A stretch of 64,000 bases of DNA, taken from positions 43,308-107,307 of the forward strand of contig CAZAPF010000009.1 in assembly GCA_964486885.1 (NCBI GenBank), given 5' to 3'. Positions 37,290 through 46,472 of this stretch are shown one piece after another (the first letter of the stretch is position 1; every line of letters starts with the position of its first letter). The DNA is from an uncultured Verrucomicrobiota bacterium. Its GTDB lineage: Bacteria; Verrucomicrobiota; Kiritimatiellia; Kiritimatiellales; Pontiellaceae. Made by a program: the position numbers and the translations under genes. A model generated the notes under the pieces. The model was not told the origin of the DNA. It saw only the letters and a list, made by a program, of their open reading frames with translations, and did no database searches.

Positions 37290-39671
37290 GTGAGGATCAG
37301 ACCTGTGAAAGTTTTGAATTCTAGGCCCATTAAAATGATTTTAGCCGGTTTTGTTGCCGGAACCCTCGGTTTTTCGGCATTCGCAACCATTAATTTCGAG
37401 GCTGAGGTACTGCCTATTTTCCAGGAAAAGTGCTTCCGATGCCATAGTGGACGCATTGATGAGCCCGATGGAGATATTCGCCTTGATCAGGCGGACGCCA
37501 TTTCAGAAGGCAACGAATACGGCCCTATCATCAAAAAAATGCTGCCAAAAGACAGTGTACTGTACCAACGCATCACCCTCCCTGCTGAAAAACAGGGCAT
37601 TATGCCGCCCGCCGGAAAAGGCGACCCGTGCTCCCCGGAGCAGCTGGAAATTATTCGCCAGTGGATTAAGGAAGGCGCAAAGTTTGGAAACTGGACCGGT
37701 ATTGATAAGCCGAAAGTGATTAAACCCCCGAGAAAACAAAACAACAATTCCAGGCTCGCGATCCAAAACTATGGCACCGCAAAAGGAATACAACTCGACC
37801 TGACACCGGCCCCCAAATACCCGACACGGTTTTCTCCCAAAATGGTTAAGACCAAAGCGGCGGAAATCGATGCGCTGGTAGATAGCTTTAGAAAAGAGCA
37901 TGGCGTGAAAGCGCTGCCTGTGGCAAACGATCGAATTTTTGTACGCCGGGCCTATCTGGGAATTGTTGGCCGGATGCCGACAAACGATGAAGCTGTAGCA
38001 TTTCTTTCATCAAAGAATCCGAAGAAAAGACCAAAGCTGATTGATCACCTTATTGAGTCCGAAGGATATGTGAATCACTGGTTCAATTACTGGGCCGATT
38101 TGCTCAAAGTGGAAAGTGTGCGGTTTGTTCCCGCCATCTTTTATGCGGATTGGATCAAGGAAGCACTCCGCAATAACATGCCGTACGATAAGTTTTCCTT
38201 CGAGCTCATCACCGCCACCGGTATGCCCTACCAGAACGGCGCCACCGGCTGGGCGGCCAGCGATGAAAACATGGCACCGGATCACATGGCCAACACGATG
38301 CAGGCCTTCCTCGGCATGCAGATGCAATGCGCCCAGTGCCACGACCATCCATTTGACCGCTGGAACCAATATGAATTCCAGAGTCTCGTTTCGTATTTTG
38401 GCGGCATGCGCTGGAACGGTGTGAGCAATAAGCACTTTGTGAATCAGATTGAAAAAGCCGGAATCGAAATCTCGGTTAAACAGGAAAAATATTTCGGAAA
38501 CAACATGGGCTATAACTATCGTTATGCCATCTGGGAGCCTTCCTTTACCCGTTGGAACCGCCTTCCCAAAGATTATCAGTACGCCGATGCCAAACCGAAC
38601 CAGACCATTCCCCCGCATGTGATGTTCGGCGATCAACCCAATATTGAAGACAGTCCGCGTGAAGCGTTTGGGAAATGGGTTACCTCTGAAGAAAACGCAT
38701 GGTTCACTAAATCCATCGTCAACCGGTTATGGAAACAGACCATGGGCGTCGGCCTGATCGAACCCGTGGATCAGATTAAGTACGATACCGAGGCCATTAT
38801 TCCCGATGTGCTGACCCATCTGGAAAAAACCATGAAAATGGCAGACTATAACCTGAAAGATTTCCTGCGTATTTTGTACAACACAAAAACCTGGCAGATG
38901 GAAACCATGAGCGCCGACTTACCGGAAGATCTGGCAACCTACCAATACGAAGGACGCCCGCTGATGCGGATGACCGGGGAACAAATGTGGGACTCGCTCG
39001 TCTCGTTAGCCATTGTTGATCCGGACGAACGGAAAGGCCATGGCTCCCGCTACACAAACGATGAATATAAAATGCACGTAGAAAAAATCTATCATACACC
39101 GATCGAAGATCTGGTTGCCACCTATACGGATGAAGCGATTGATCAAGAGCGGCAGGAACAGAAAACAGCCGCAAAAGAAGCCCAGAAAATGTTCCGCTCA
39201 AAAAATCCGAAACATAAGCCGGGAAGATATGGCGTGAATGCAAACTCCTGGAGTTTTGACCATATGACCGATCCCCGCTGGCAGGGAATGGATCAGGGAC
39301 TCGTACGTGCCGCTGAACTGACTTCCCCCGCCCCTTCATATCACTTTATCCGCCAGTTCGGTCAGTCGGACCGTAAAATTATCGGCAGCGGGCGCACCGA
39401 TCCCAGTGTGACCCAGGTGCTGAATATTCTGAATGGTCCCATCCACTACATTCTCGATAACAACCTGTCTGTGCTCTCGAAGGAAGTGGCCGAGCATGAA
39501 ACGGCTGAAGAAAAAATTACCGTTATTTTCCGGAGCGTGCTCACGCGTAATCCGACAGAAGAAGATATCGAAATTGCATCCAATGTGCTGGCTCATAACA
39601 AAGGGCGCCAAGGCTACCGTATGATTCTGTGGGCCCTGCTCAACACCCGTGAATTTATGTACATCCAATAA
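37290..39671 (+). CDS. PSCyt1 / DUF1549 (PSCyt2) / DUF1553 (PSD1) family protein (planctomycete-type cytochrome-c-motif protein)
   Basis: 793 aa with the N-terminal CxxCH (EKCFRCHS), the RRAYLGIVGRMPT block, QCAQCHDHPFDRW and a DUF1553-like C-terminus. The start is either GTG 37290 or ATG 37335 (signal peptide MILAGFVAGTLGFSAFA). Confidence 0.8.
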   Translation: MRIRPVKVLNSRPIKMILAGFVAGTLGFSAFATINFEAEVLPIFQEKCFRCHSGRIDEPDGDIRLDQADAISEGNEYGPIIKKMLPKDSVLYQRITLPAEKQGIMPPAGKGDPCSPEQLEIIRQWIKEGAKFGNWTGIDKPKVIKPPRKQNNNSRLAIQNYGTAKGIQLDLTPAPKYPTRFSPKMVKTKAAEIDALVDSFRKEHGVKALPVANDRIFVRRAYLGIVGRMPTNDEAVAFLSSKNPKKRPKLIDHLIESEGYVNHWFNYWADLLKVESVRFVPAIFYADWIKEALRNNMPYDKFSFELITATGMPYQNGATGWAASDENMAPDHMANTMQAFLGMQMQCAQCHDHPFDRWNQYEFQSLVSYFGGMRWNGVSNKHFVNQIEKAGIEISVKQEKYFGNNMGYNYRYAIWEPSFTRWNRLPKDYQYADAKPNQTIPPHVMFGDQPNIEDSPREAFGKWVTSEENAWFTKSIVNRLWKQTMGVGLIEPVDQIKYDTEAIIPDVLTHLEKTMKMADYNLKDFLRILYNTKTWQMETMSADLPEDLATYQYEGRPLMRMTGEQMWDSLVSLAIVDPDERKGHGSRYTNDEYKMHVEKIYHTPIEDLVATYTDEAIDQERQEQKTAAKEAQKMFRSKNPKHKPGRYGVNANSWSFDHMTDPRWQGMDQGLVRAAELTSPAPSYHFIRQFGQSDRKIIGSGRTDPSVTQVLNILNGPIHYILDNNLSVLSKEVAEHETAEEKITVIFRSVLTRNPTEEDIEIASNVLAHNKGRQGYRMILWALLNTREFMYIQ

Positions 39672-39683
39672 CTGGAGAAGACT

Positions 39684-40952
39684 ATGTCTGATATATTCAA
39701 AACATCCTGTGAACTGGGCCGCCGCGGCTTCATCAGCAATATTGCAAAAACTGCCCTGGGCGTCGGTGTGGGAATGCCATTTCTCAACCCAGCCATGGCC
39801 AATGTACTCCCTAAGACCGATAAAAAACTGATCTTCCTCTATATGGCCGGCGGCATGAGCCATCTGGATACCTTCGACCCCCACCCCGGCACGGACGAAG
39901 CCGGGCCAGTCAAAGCAATCGGCACCAATGTGGACGGCATTCAGCTCAGCGAATTTTTCCCCGAAACGGCAAAGCATATGGATAAGCTGGCCGTCATCCG
40001 TTCCATGTATTCCACGCAGGGCGCTCATGCCCAGGGAAACTATTTTATGCATACCGGCTATGCTCCCCGCGGCAGCATCGTGCACCCCACCCTCGGAGCA
40101 TGGTCGATGCTGCATCAAGGCAAACTGAACGAAGCATTGCCGGGTAATGTAGTGATTGAACCCGGCAACTCATATCCATTTGCCGGCTTCCTTCCACCAG
40201 AACTGGGAGCCGTTCCGATCGGCGATGCCGCCAAAGGCCTGCAGCACAGCAAACGACCGGGATGGGTTAACGAACAGCAGTATCACGATCAGCTTGAGCT
40301 GGCGTCGGTATTCGATCGCGCGTTTCAGGAAAAATATAAACAACGTTCAATTACAGCCTACAAAAAGTTTTACGATGAAGCCGTAACGCTTATGGAAAGT
40401 AAGGATCTGGAAGCATTCGACATCAACAAAGAGTCGGAAGAAACGCGCGCCCGCTATGGTAAAAACTCAAAATTTGGAAGGGGCTGCCTGCTGGCCCGTC
40501 GACTGCTCGAACACGGCGTCCGCTGTGTTGAAGTAACCAAGGGCGGATGGGACAGCCATAATGAGATGCCAGAAGAAAAAGCACGCGACCTCGACCGTGC
40601 TCTCGCAGCTCTCATGCAGGACCTTTCAGAACGTGGACTGCTGGAATCCACCATCGTGGTAGTAGCAACCGAGTTCGGCCGCAACCCCAACATCAAAGCC
40701 GAATCCATGGGCCGCGATCACTGGGCCAAAGCCTTCAGCACGATGATTGGCGGCGGCGGAATTAAAACCGGACAGATCATCGGCGCAACCGACCGCGGGC
40801 ACGAAGTGATATCCGACAAAGTGCTCATCCCGGACCTGCACACCACCATCGGAACCGCCATGGGCATGCCCGTCAAAAAGGTCATCATGTCCGACTCCGG
40901 CCGCCCGTTTAACGTCGGCTACAAAGGCAACCCCATCCCCGGCCTGATTTAG
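39684..40952 (+). CDS. DUF1501 family protein (sulfatase-fold, Tat signal)
   Basis: 422 aa with a twin-arginine leader (GRRGFISNIAKTALGVGVG), LIFLYMAGGMSHLDTFDP and GRDHW. It is the usual partner of DUF1549/1553 genes. Confidence 0.8.
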   Translation: MSDIFKTSCELGRRGFISNIAKTALGVGVGMPFLNPAMANVLPKTDKKLIFLYMAGGMSHLDTFDPHPGTDEAGPVKAIGTNVDGIQLSEFFPETAKHMDKLAVIRSMYSTQGAHAQGNYFMHTGYAPRGSIVHPTLGAWSMLHQGKLNEALPGNVVIEPGNSYPFAGFLPPELGAVPIGDAAKGLQHSKRPGWVNEQQYHDQLELASVFDRAFQEKYKQRSITAYKKFYDEAVTLMESKDLEAFDINKESEETRARYGKNSKFGRGCLLARRLLEHGVRCVEVTKGGWDSHNEMPEEKARDLDRALAALMQDLSERGLLESTIVVVATEFGRNPNIKAESMGRDHWAKAFSTMIGGGGIKTGQIIGATDRGHEVISDKVLIPDLHTTIGTAMGMPVKKVIMSDSGRPFNVGYKGNPIPGLI

Positions 40953-41204
40953 AGTGGAGGGGCCGTGCGCACAGCATGCGCTGATCCAGAGTGAATGGCC
41001 ATGATTGTTGATGCGACGCCCACGTCGCATTTCCGCCGAATGGTATTCTATGCGCGTGCACGTTAAAGAAGCCCGCACCACACCCTTTAGTTACATCGCA
41101 ATGGATTCAAAATCCCCCCTGCCTTCTTGCCATCTGTAACCACTTCCTTACTATGTGCTCAGATGGAAACCGTTCCAATGACGCGTAATTAATCAGGAGC
41201 ACCG

Positions 41205-42302
41205 ATGAAACCAGGACATCTTATGAAGATCCTTCTCGCATCGACACTGTTGGCGACCTCAGCGCAGGCCACTAAGGTTTATTTCGGAACCAGTAAAAGC
41301 AAAGGGATCTACGTTGCTGATTTTGATGCAAAGGCCGGCAAACTGACGCCCCCTAAACTTGCCGTTGAAACAGAGGGCTGCGGATTTATTACCATCCACC
41401 CGAATAAAAAATTCCTTTATTCAACCGGAGCAGCAGCCTTCAAAATTAATGACGACGGATCACTCACCCACCTCAATACCCGGACCACCGAAGGCGGAAA
41501 AGCCTGCCATATCAGTATTGATAAAATGGGGCAGTGCGTGATGGTGGCCTACTATGGCGGCGGTGCTGTGGCCTCATTTCAGGTGCTGGAAGATGGTTCG
41601 CTGTCGGAAGCCAAATCCTTCTTTGAGCACGAAGGTTCCGGAGAGCATCCGAAACGCCAGAAAAAACCATACGCCCATTCCATATTTCCCAACCCCGACA
41701 ATAGTCATGCCTATGCCGCGGATCTCGGAATCGATAAAGTCATGATTTATAAGATCGATCCGGCTCAAGGAAAGTTATCCCCTGCCGGGTCTGCAGATGT
41801 TCCGGGCGGCAGCATGGGGCCCCGTCACATGAAGTGGTCAGCAGATGGGAAGATCCTCTACGTACTCAATGAACTGGATCTGAGTATTTCCGTATATAAA
41901 CCGGGAGAAACTGCTGGTTCCCTGGAATTTATTAAGACTCTATCAACCCTTCCTGAAGGGGCCGATAAAGAGCGGATGACCTGTGCGGAAATCCGCATCC
42001 ATCCTAACGGTAATTTCATATATGCCTCCAACCGCGACCTGGAAGAAACCGGCCGGGACTCGATATCCGTTTTCACTCGCTTCGAAGACGGCTTCAAACG
42101 CCTTGAAACCATCCCTGCCAAAGTCTGGATTCCGCGCAACTTTAATCTCGATCCGACCGGGGAATGGTTGCTTGTCGGAGGCCAGAAGTCGAATGACATT
42201 GCCGTCTTCAGCCTGAACCCCGAAACCGGCCGGATTAAATTCACCGGAACGAAAGTCCCGTTCGATGGCGGCCCCATCTGTATCGAGTTTCTGGATGATT
42301 AA
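41205..42302 (+). CDS. Secreted lactonase-family 7-bladed beta-propeller (6-phosphogluconolactonase / YbhE-like)
   Basis: 365 aa with a signal peptide and repeated blade pattern (YVLNELDLSISVY, IYASNRD...ISVF, LLVGGQKSNDIAVF). Confidence 0.7.
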   Translation: MKPGHLMKILLASTLLATSAQATKVYFGTSKSKGIYVADFDAKAGKLTPPKLAVETEGCGFITIHPNKKFLYSTGAAAFKINDDGSLTHLNTRTTEGGKACHISIDKMGQCVMVAYYGGGAVASFQVLEDGSLSEAKSFFEHEGSGEHPKRQKKPYAHSIFPNPDNSHAYAADLGIDKVMIYKIDPAQGKLSPAGSADVPGGSMGPRHMKWSADGKILYVLNELDLSISVYKPGETAGSLEFIKTLSTLPEGADKERMTCAEIRIHPNGNFIYASNRDLEETGRDSISVFTRFEDGFKRLETIPAKVWIPRNFNLDPTGEWLLVGGQKSNDIAVFSLNPETGRIKFTGTKVPFDGGPICIEFLDD

Positions 42303-42303
42303 T

Positions 42304-42378
42304 GGCCACAAGAGAACGCAAAGAACTCAAAACACATACGGCAGAAATATCTTTGCGCCCTCTGTGTTCTTTCGTGGC
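42304..42378. repeat. Imperfect long hairpin (REP-like) 2 nt after the lactonase stop
   Basis: GCCACAAGAGAACGCAAAG at the left pairs with CTTTGCGCCCTCTGTGTTCTTTCGTGGC at the right, with a bulge of about 9 nt. Confidence 0.5.
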
Positions 42379-42406
42379 TAATCTCTGTTGTACTTATCCG
42401 GAATAT

Positions 42407-42456
42407 GCCGTCGCAGACCCACAAATCAAAATTCAAAATTCGCAATTCAAAATTCG
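42407..42456. repeat. Second copy of GCCGTCGCAGACCCACAA followed by AATCAAAATTCAAAATTC-type heptads
   Basis: The 18-mer is identical to 3309-3326. The following AT-rich heptads resemble 3338-3356. Confidence 0.6.
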
Positions 42457-42474
42457 TCCACCTATAGTGGCCGC

Positions 42475-45400
42475 ATGAACATTGTCTATAACGCATCGGC
42501 CGGGACCGGGAAAACCTATCAGGTGACCCGGCTCTACGAGGAACTGGTCCTCAAAGAGCAAATCGATCCCCGCGAAATTCTACTGATGACGTTTACCGAC
42601 AACGCCGCAGCCGAGCTGCGCATGCGCGTTTCCCATCTTCTGCTGAAAGCCCGCCGGCATGCTGAACAGGAAGGGAATGATGAACGGGCGGAGCAGGCCA
42701 TCACGGCCATGTCCCGCCTTCCCTCCGCACCGATTGGTACGATTCATTCCTTCTGTACGCGCCTGTTGAGGGAACATGCTCTGGAGGCCGGCCTCTCTCC
42801 GGGCTTTTCGGTGCTGGTCGGCGATGACCATGACGATTTGTTAAATGACATCTGCCGCAGGGAACTGCTGAACCGACTTGAAACCGACCCCGACTTTAAA
42901 GCCTTCTGCTCGGGAGCACACATCATTGGCTCCGGCGGCGGGTTTGGCTCCAGCATTACCGAAACCGTGCCCAATCTCATCGCCCAGGCCGGCAGCCTGG
43001 GCATATCACTCGCTGAGGCAGAGAGGATGCTGCCCAATCCTGAATCTGCCGGATCGCTCCCTGCCTTTTCAGTAATCCTTAACCGCCTGAAAGAACTGCC
43101 CAAGTTAACCGCGAAGGCTCAATTGGTTGCCCAATGCCTCGAAGAGTATTTACCAACAGTCAAAACCGTGGAGGAACTGGCAGGAAAACTGAACAAGACG
43201 AAGCTGGTTAAATTCGGGCAGGGCAAAGGGCAAAAACCCATCTCCGATGATTTTTGGGAGTTGCTCAACGCCGTTAATGATTCAATTAAATACAGGGAAC
43301 GTTTTCCGGCAGCGAAAGCCTTTGCCCGTTACGTGCAGTCGGTCGTTACGCAGTTTCAACAGCGGAAACACGACATAGATGCTGTTGACTTCGATGACCA
43401 GCTGCACATGGCGGCCGACCTGCTGGAATCCGGAAAAGCGAAGCCGGAATTTAAATATGTAATTGTGGATGAAGTTCAGGATACCTCCCGCATTCAATGC
43501 CAGCTGATCCAGTCGCTTTGGGGCTCGGAAACAAACCTGGTGATCTGCGGCGATAAAAAACAGAGCATCTACACCTGGCGCGGCGCTGATCCGCAGGTTA
43601 TGCCCGACCTTGAACAAGCCATTCTTGCCCGCGAGGACAGCACGCTGGAAAACCTACAAACCAGTTACCGCTCAAAGGAGCCCATCCTTGAGGTGGTTAA
43701 CGCACTGTTTTCCTCAGTATATGGAAGTAAGGACTATGCAGAAGGCGACTGCTTGCTGCCCAACCCCGCTTTTAAAACCGGCGGAGAGAAAGCATGTGTA
43801 GAGTTTCTGCAATCCGACGCCGGAGAAGACCTGCAGAAGCAGGAAAAAGTGGCAGAGGAAATGGCGGCGGTCGCCAACCGTATTCAGCTGTTGATCAGCG
43901 GCTCCAAAGAGTGGCAACCGGGTTTCCGATATTCCGAAACATTCAGAAAAACAGAAGAGACAAATCGATACCGCTATTCTGACATTCTTATCCTCTTACG
44001 GCGCACCACCCATCAGTCCGCCCTGGAACACGCCCTCCGCCACGCCGGGATCCCCTATACCCTTGGCGGCAAGGGTCGCGGACTTTTTACCCGGCAGGAA
44101 ACCCGGGATGTATCTCTTTTCCTCAACGTGGTCACCAACCCGGACGATGCTTATGCTCTGGTCGGCTTTTTGCGTTCCCCCTGGATCGGTCTGTCCGATG
44201 AAACCATCGCTGAGCTGGCCTATTCCGACGACGGATTTTCAATTGATAACCTGAAAGAGTATTTTAGTGGCATGGGCTGCCTTCCCATGAGTCACGGGCA
44301 GGATGCCCGTGCTACTATCCTACGCTATCGCAAGCTGCTCGGGACACATCTCGCTTCCGAACTGGTTCGGATGCTAATCAACGAAACCGGATATGATGCC
44401 CTGCTGGCCGGATTGCCTCGGGGCACACAGCGGCTGGCTAATCTTCGCAAGGTTCTTGACTGGCTTCGGGAAGCCGAACGCGGGGCGCAAACAACACCGG
44501 CTTCGGTTGCCCGGAAACTGGCCGAACAAATCAACAACCCGCCCAATGTCCCGGAAGCTGCTTTGCTGGATCCTGCACAGAATGCGGTCACGGTAATGAC
44601 CGTGCATGGCTCGAAGGGACTCACCAAACGCGTCGTCGTGTTACCGGACATCAGCTTCCGGCCGGATTCAGATCGCGATTTTTCCCGCGTTGGCTTCAAT
44701 GATCATCACCAACCGTTACTGAGCGTTAAAATTACAGCCCCGGATAAATCGAGTGTGATGTCGCCCGGCTTCAAAGCGGCTAACACGCGGGCCAGAGATG
44801 TTCGTAATCACGAACTCAAGAATCTGTTTTATGTGGCCATGACGCGTGCCCGCGACCTGGTTATCACCTCGGCATCCATTGGAAAGAAGCCGGAAGGCTG
44901 GCTCGAACAGATGGAACCTTTGATTTGTTCGGCCATTCCGGCGATCCCCTACTCCCGGCTGAGCGAAGCTGCAGAGCATGCCCTGCAGCCAACCCATGAT
45001 ATCCCGATGCCTGAAAAGCTGACTGAAGCACTTCATTCCATTCCTGCACCGCCGGAGCGACCAAGAATTCAACGCATTCCTGCAACCCGGCTGGCAAAAG
45101 AAGAAGATGTGCTGGAACAGGAATTTGAACACACTAATTTTAAATCCATGAAGAAGGCTGCGGCCATGGGATCGCTCGGCCACGCGGTACTCGAACAACT
45201 GGCACTGAATGGCTGGAACGGATCGACTACCGAATGGCTGAAACAACTGTGCGATGAATTTAATTTATCCTATGCCGAAGCAAGCATTCTCACGGAACGG
45301 CTTGAGCAAACCCGGATCCTGATGATTGAGCTGACGGCTGATATGAAAGAACTCCATCCTGAATTTCCCTTTCTCCTGCAGCACGAGGATAAATTGATCG

Positions 45401-45621
45401 ACGGCTCTATCGACCTTTTGTGCAGAACGAAGAACGGATTTGCCATTTTTGACTATAAGTTTACTGAGGCCGACGACGCTGCAGTGGCGGGTCAGTACAG
45501 GGCCCAGATGAACATTTATCGTCAGGCCGCCGAAAAAAAATATCCCTATGCCGGAGAAGCAAGCACTCAGTTGATCGTGGCATCCAGCGGAAAGCCTCGC
45601 ATAATTTCATTGGATTTCTAA
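42475..45621 (+). CDS. UvrD/AddA-like helicase with a C-terminal PD-(D/E)XK nuclease domain
   Basis: From ATG 42475 the protein starts MNIVYNASAGTGKTY (Walker A). It has the DExQ box VIVDEVQD, motifs III-VI, and a C-terminal IDGSIDLL...FAIFDYKF nuclease motif. The track start at 42388 reads through upstream repeats. Confidence 0.85.
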   Translation: MNIVYNASAGTGKTYQVTRLYEELVLKEQIDPREILLMTFTDNAAAELRMRVSHLLLKARRHAEQEGNDERAEQAITAMSRLPSAPIGTIHSFCTRLLREHALEAGLSPGFSVLVGDDHDDLLNDICRRELLNRLETDPDFKAFCSGAHIIGSGGGFGSSITETVPNLIAQAGSLGISLAEAERMLPNPESAGSLPAFSVILNRLKELPKLTAKAQLVAQCLEEYLPTVKTVEELAGKLNKTKLVKFGQGKGQKPISDDFWELLNAVNDSIKYRERFPAAKAFARYVQSVVTQFQQRKHDIDAVDFDDQLHMAADLLESGKAKPEFKYVIVDEVQDTSRIQCQLIQSLWGSETNLVICGDKKQSIYTWRGADPQVMPDLEQAILAREDSTLENLQTSYRSKEPILEVVNALFSSVYGSKDYAEGDCLLPNPAFKTGGEKACVEFLQSDAGEDLQKQEKVAEEMAAVANRIQLLISGSKEWQPGFRYSETFRKTEETNRYRYSDILILLRRTTHQSALEHALRHAGIPYTLGGKGRGLFTRQETRDVSLFLNVVTNPDDAYALVGFLRSPWIGLSDETIAELAYSDDGFSIDNLKEYFSGMGCLPMSHGQDARATILRYRKLLGTHLASELVRMLINETGYDALLAGLPRGTQRLANLRKVLDWLREAERGAQTTPASVARKLAEQINNPPNVPEAALLDPAQNAVTVMTVHGSKGLTKRVVVLPDISFRPDSDRDFSRVGFNDHHQPLLSVKITAPDKSSVMSPGFKAANTRARDVRNHELKNLFYVAMTRARDLVITSASIGKKPEGWLEQMEPLICSAIPAIPYSRLSEAAEHALQPTHDIPMPEKLTEALHSIPAPPERPRIQRIPATRLAKEEDVLEQEFEHTNFKSMKKAAAMGSLGHAVLEQLALNGWNGSTTEWLKQLCDEFNLSYAEASILTERLEQTRILMIELTADMKELHPEFPFLLQHEDKLIDGSIDLLCRTKNGFAIFDYKFTEADDAAVAGQYRAQMNIYRQAAEKKYPYAGEASTQLIVASSGKPRIISLDF
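44271..44315 (+). repeat. 45-nt double-hairpin palindromic element inside the helicase-nuclease CDS, in frame
   Basis: CATGGGCTGCCTTCCCATG-AGT-CACGGGCAGGATGCCCGTG-CTAC, translated (G)MGCLPMSHGQDARAT. Confidence 0.8.
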
Positions 45622-45667
45622 CAGCAATACTTGCACCGGACTCCCTTTCCGCCTACATTTTTCCACT

Positions 45668-46408
45668 ATGAGCGATATAGACACGCTGGTCATCATACCA
45701 ACCTACAACGAAAAAGAGAATATCACTAAAATAACCACGGCGGTTCTGGATACCTCACCGCATGTGGATATTCTGTTTGTTGATGACAACTCTCCCGATG
45801 GAACCGGTGAAATTGCAGACGGCTTATGCAAGCAATTTGACCGGGTCCACGTCATGCACCGCAATTCCAAGGATGGACTGGGTCGCGCTTATATTGCCGG
45901 ATTTAAGTGGGCTCTGGAACGGGACTACCATTTCGTGATGGAAATGGACTGCGACTTTTCGCATGACCCGACTGAAATTCCAAACTTTCGCGATAAGGTT
46001 CTTGAAGGCCACGATCTTGTTATTGGCTCGCGCTATTGCGGCGGCATCCGCGTACTCAACTGGCCGATGAACCGCCTCCTGCTCAGCCGGGGTGCAGCAA
46101 TCTATGTCCGTATGATCACCGGCATGCCGATTTCCGATCCGACCGGCGGGTTCAAGTGCTTCCGCCGCGAAGTCCTTCAAGCCTATGACTTTGATGCCGT
46201 TAAAGCCAACGGTTATGGCTTTCAGATTGAAATGTCGCACAAGGCCTGGATGAAGGGCTTCCGCATTGGCGAAGTGCCGATTGTTTTCGAAGACCGACAG
46301 GAAGGCACCTCAAAGATGAGTGGCAACATTGTCTACGAAGCCCTCTGGGTCGTCTGGACGCTTGCCATCCGCAATGGTTTCAGAAGAAAGCCGAAGGCTA
46401 AGAAGTAG
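45668..46408 (+). CDS. GT2 polyprenol-phosphate mannosyltransferase (DPM1/Ppm1-like)
   Basis: 246 aa with VIIPTYNEKENI, VDDNSPDGT and MDCDFSHDP. Confidence 0.85.
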   Translation: MSDIDTLVIIPTYNEKENITKITTAVLDTSPHVDILFVDDNSPDGTGEIADGLCKQFDRVHVMHRNSKDGLGRAYIAGFKWALERDYHFVMEMDCDFSHDPTEIPNFRDKVLEGHDLVIGSRYCGGIRVLNWPMNRLLLSRGAAIYVRMITGMPISDPTGGFKCFRREVLQAYDFDAVKANGYGFQIEMSHKAWMKGFRIGEVPIVFEDRQEGTSKMSGNIVYEALWVVWTLAIRNGFRRKPKAKK

Positions 46409-46409
46409 A

Positions 46410-46466
46410 GCCGGCATCCTACCCGTTTTGGCGGCAGGGGAATCATGGGCAAGATGCCCATGCTAC
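46410..46466 (+). repeat. Intergenic, partly degenerate copy of the double-hairpin element between the convergent GT2 and rsmA genes
   Basis: GCCGGCATCCTACCCGTT (degenerate first hairpin) + 16-nt spacer + CATGGGCAAGATGCCCATG-CTAC. Confidence 0.65.
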
Positions 46467-46472
46467 CAACAA

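Noticed and set aside
40954-41081. A degenerate GGAGGG-type element after the DUF1501 stop codon (GTGGAGGGGCC ... GCCCGCACCAC).
   Set aside because: I did not list it as a feature. The closing stem matches only about 8 of 11 positions and the interior shares no module with the other copies. It is mentioned only as a possible decayed family member.
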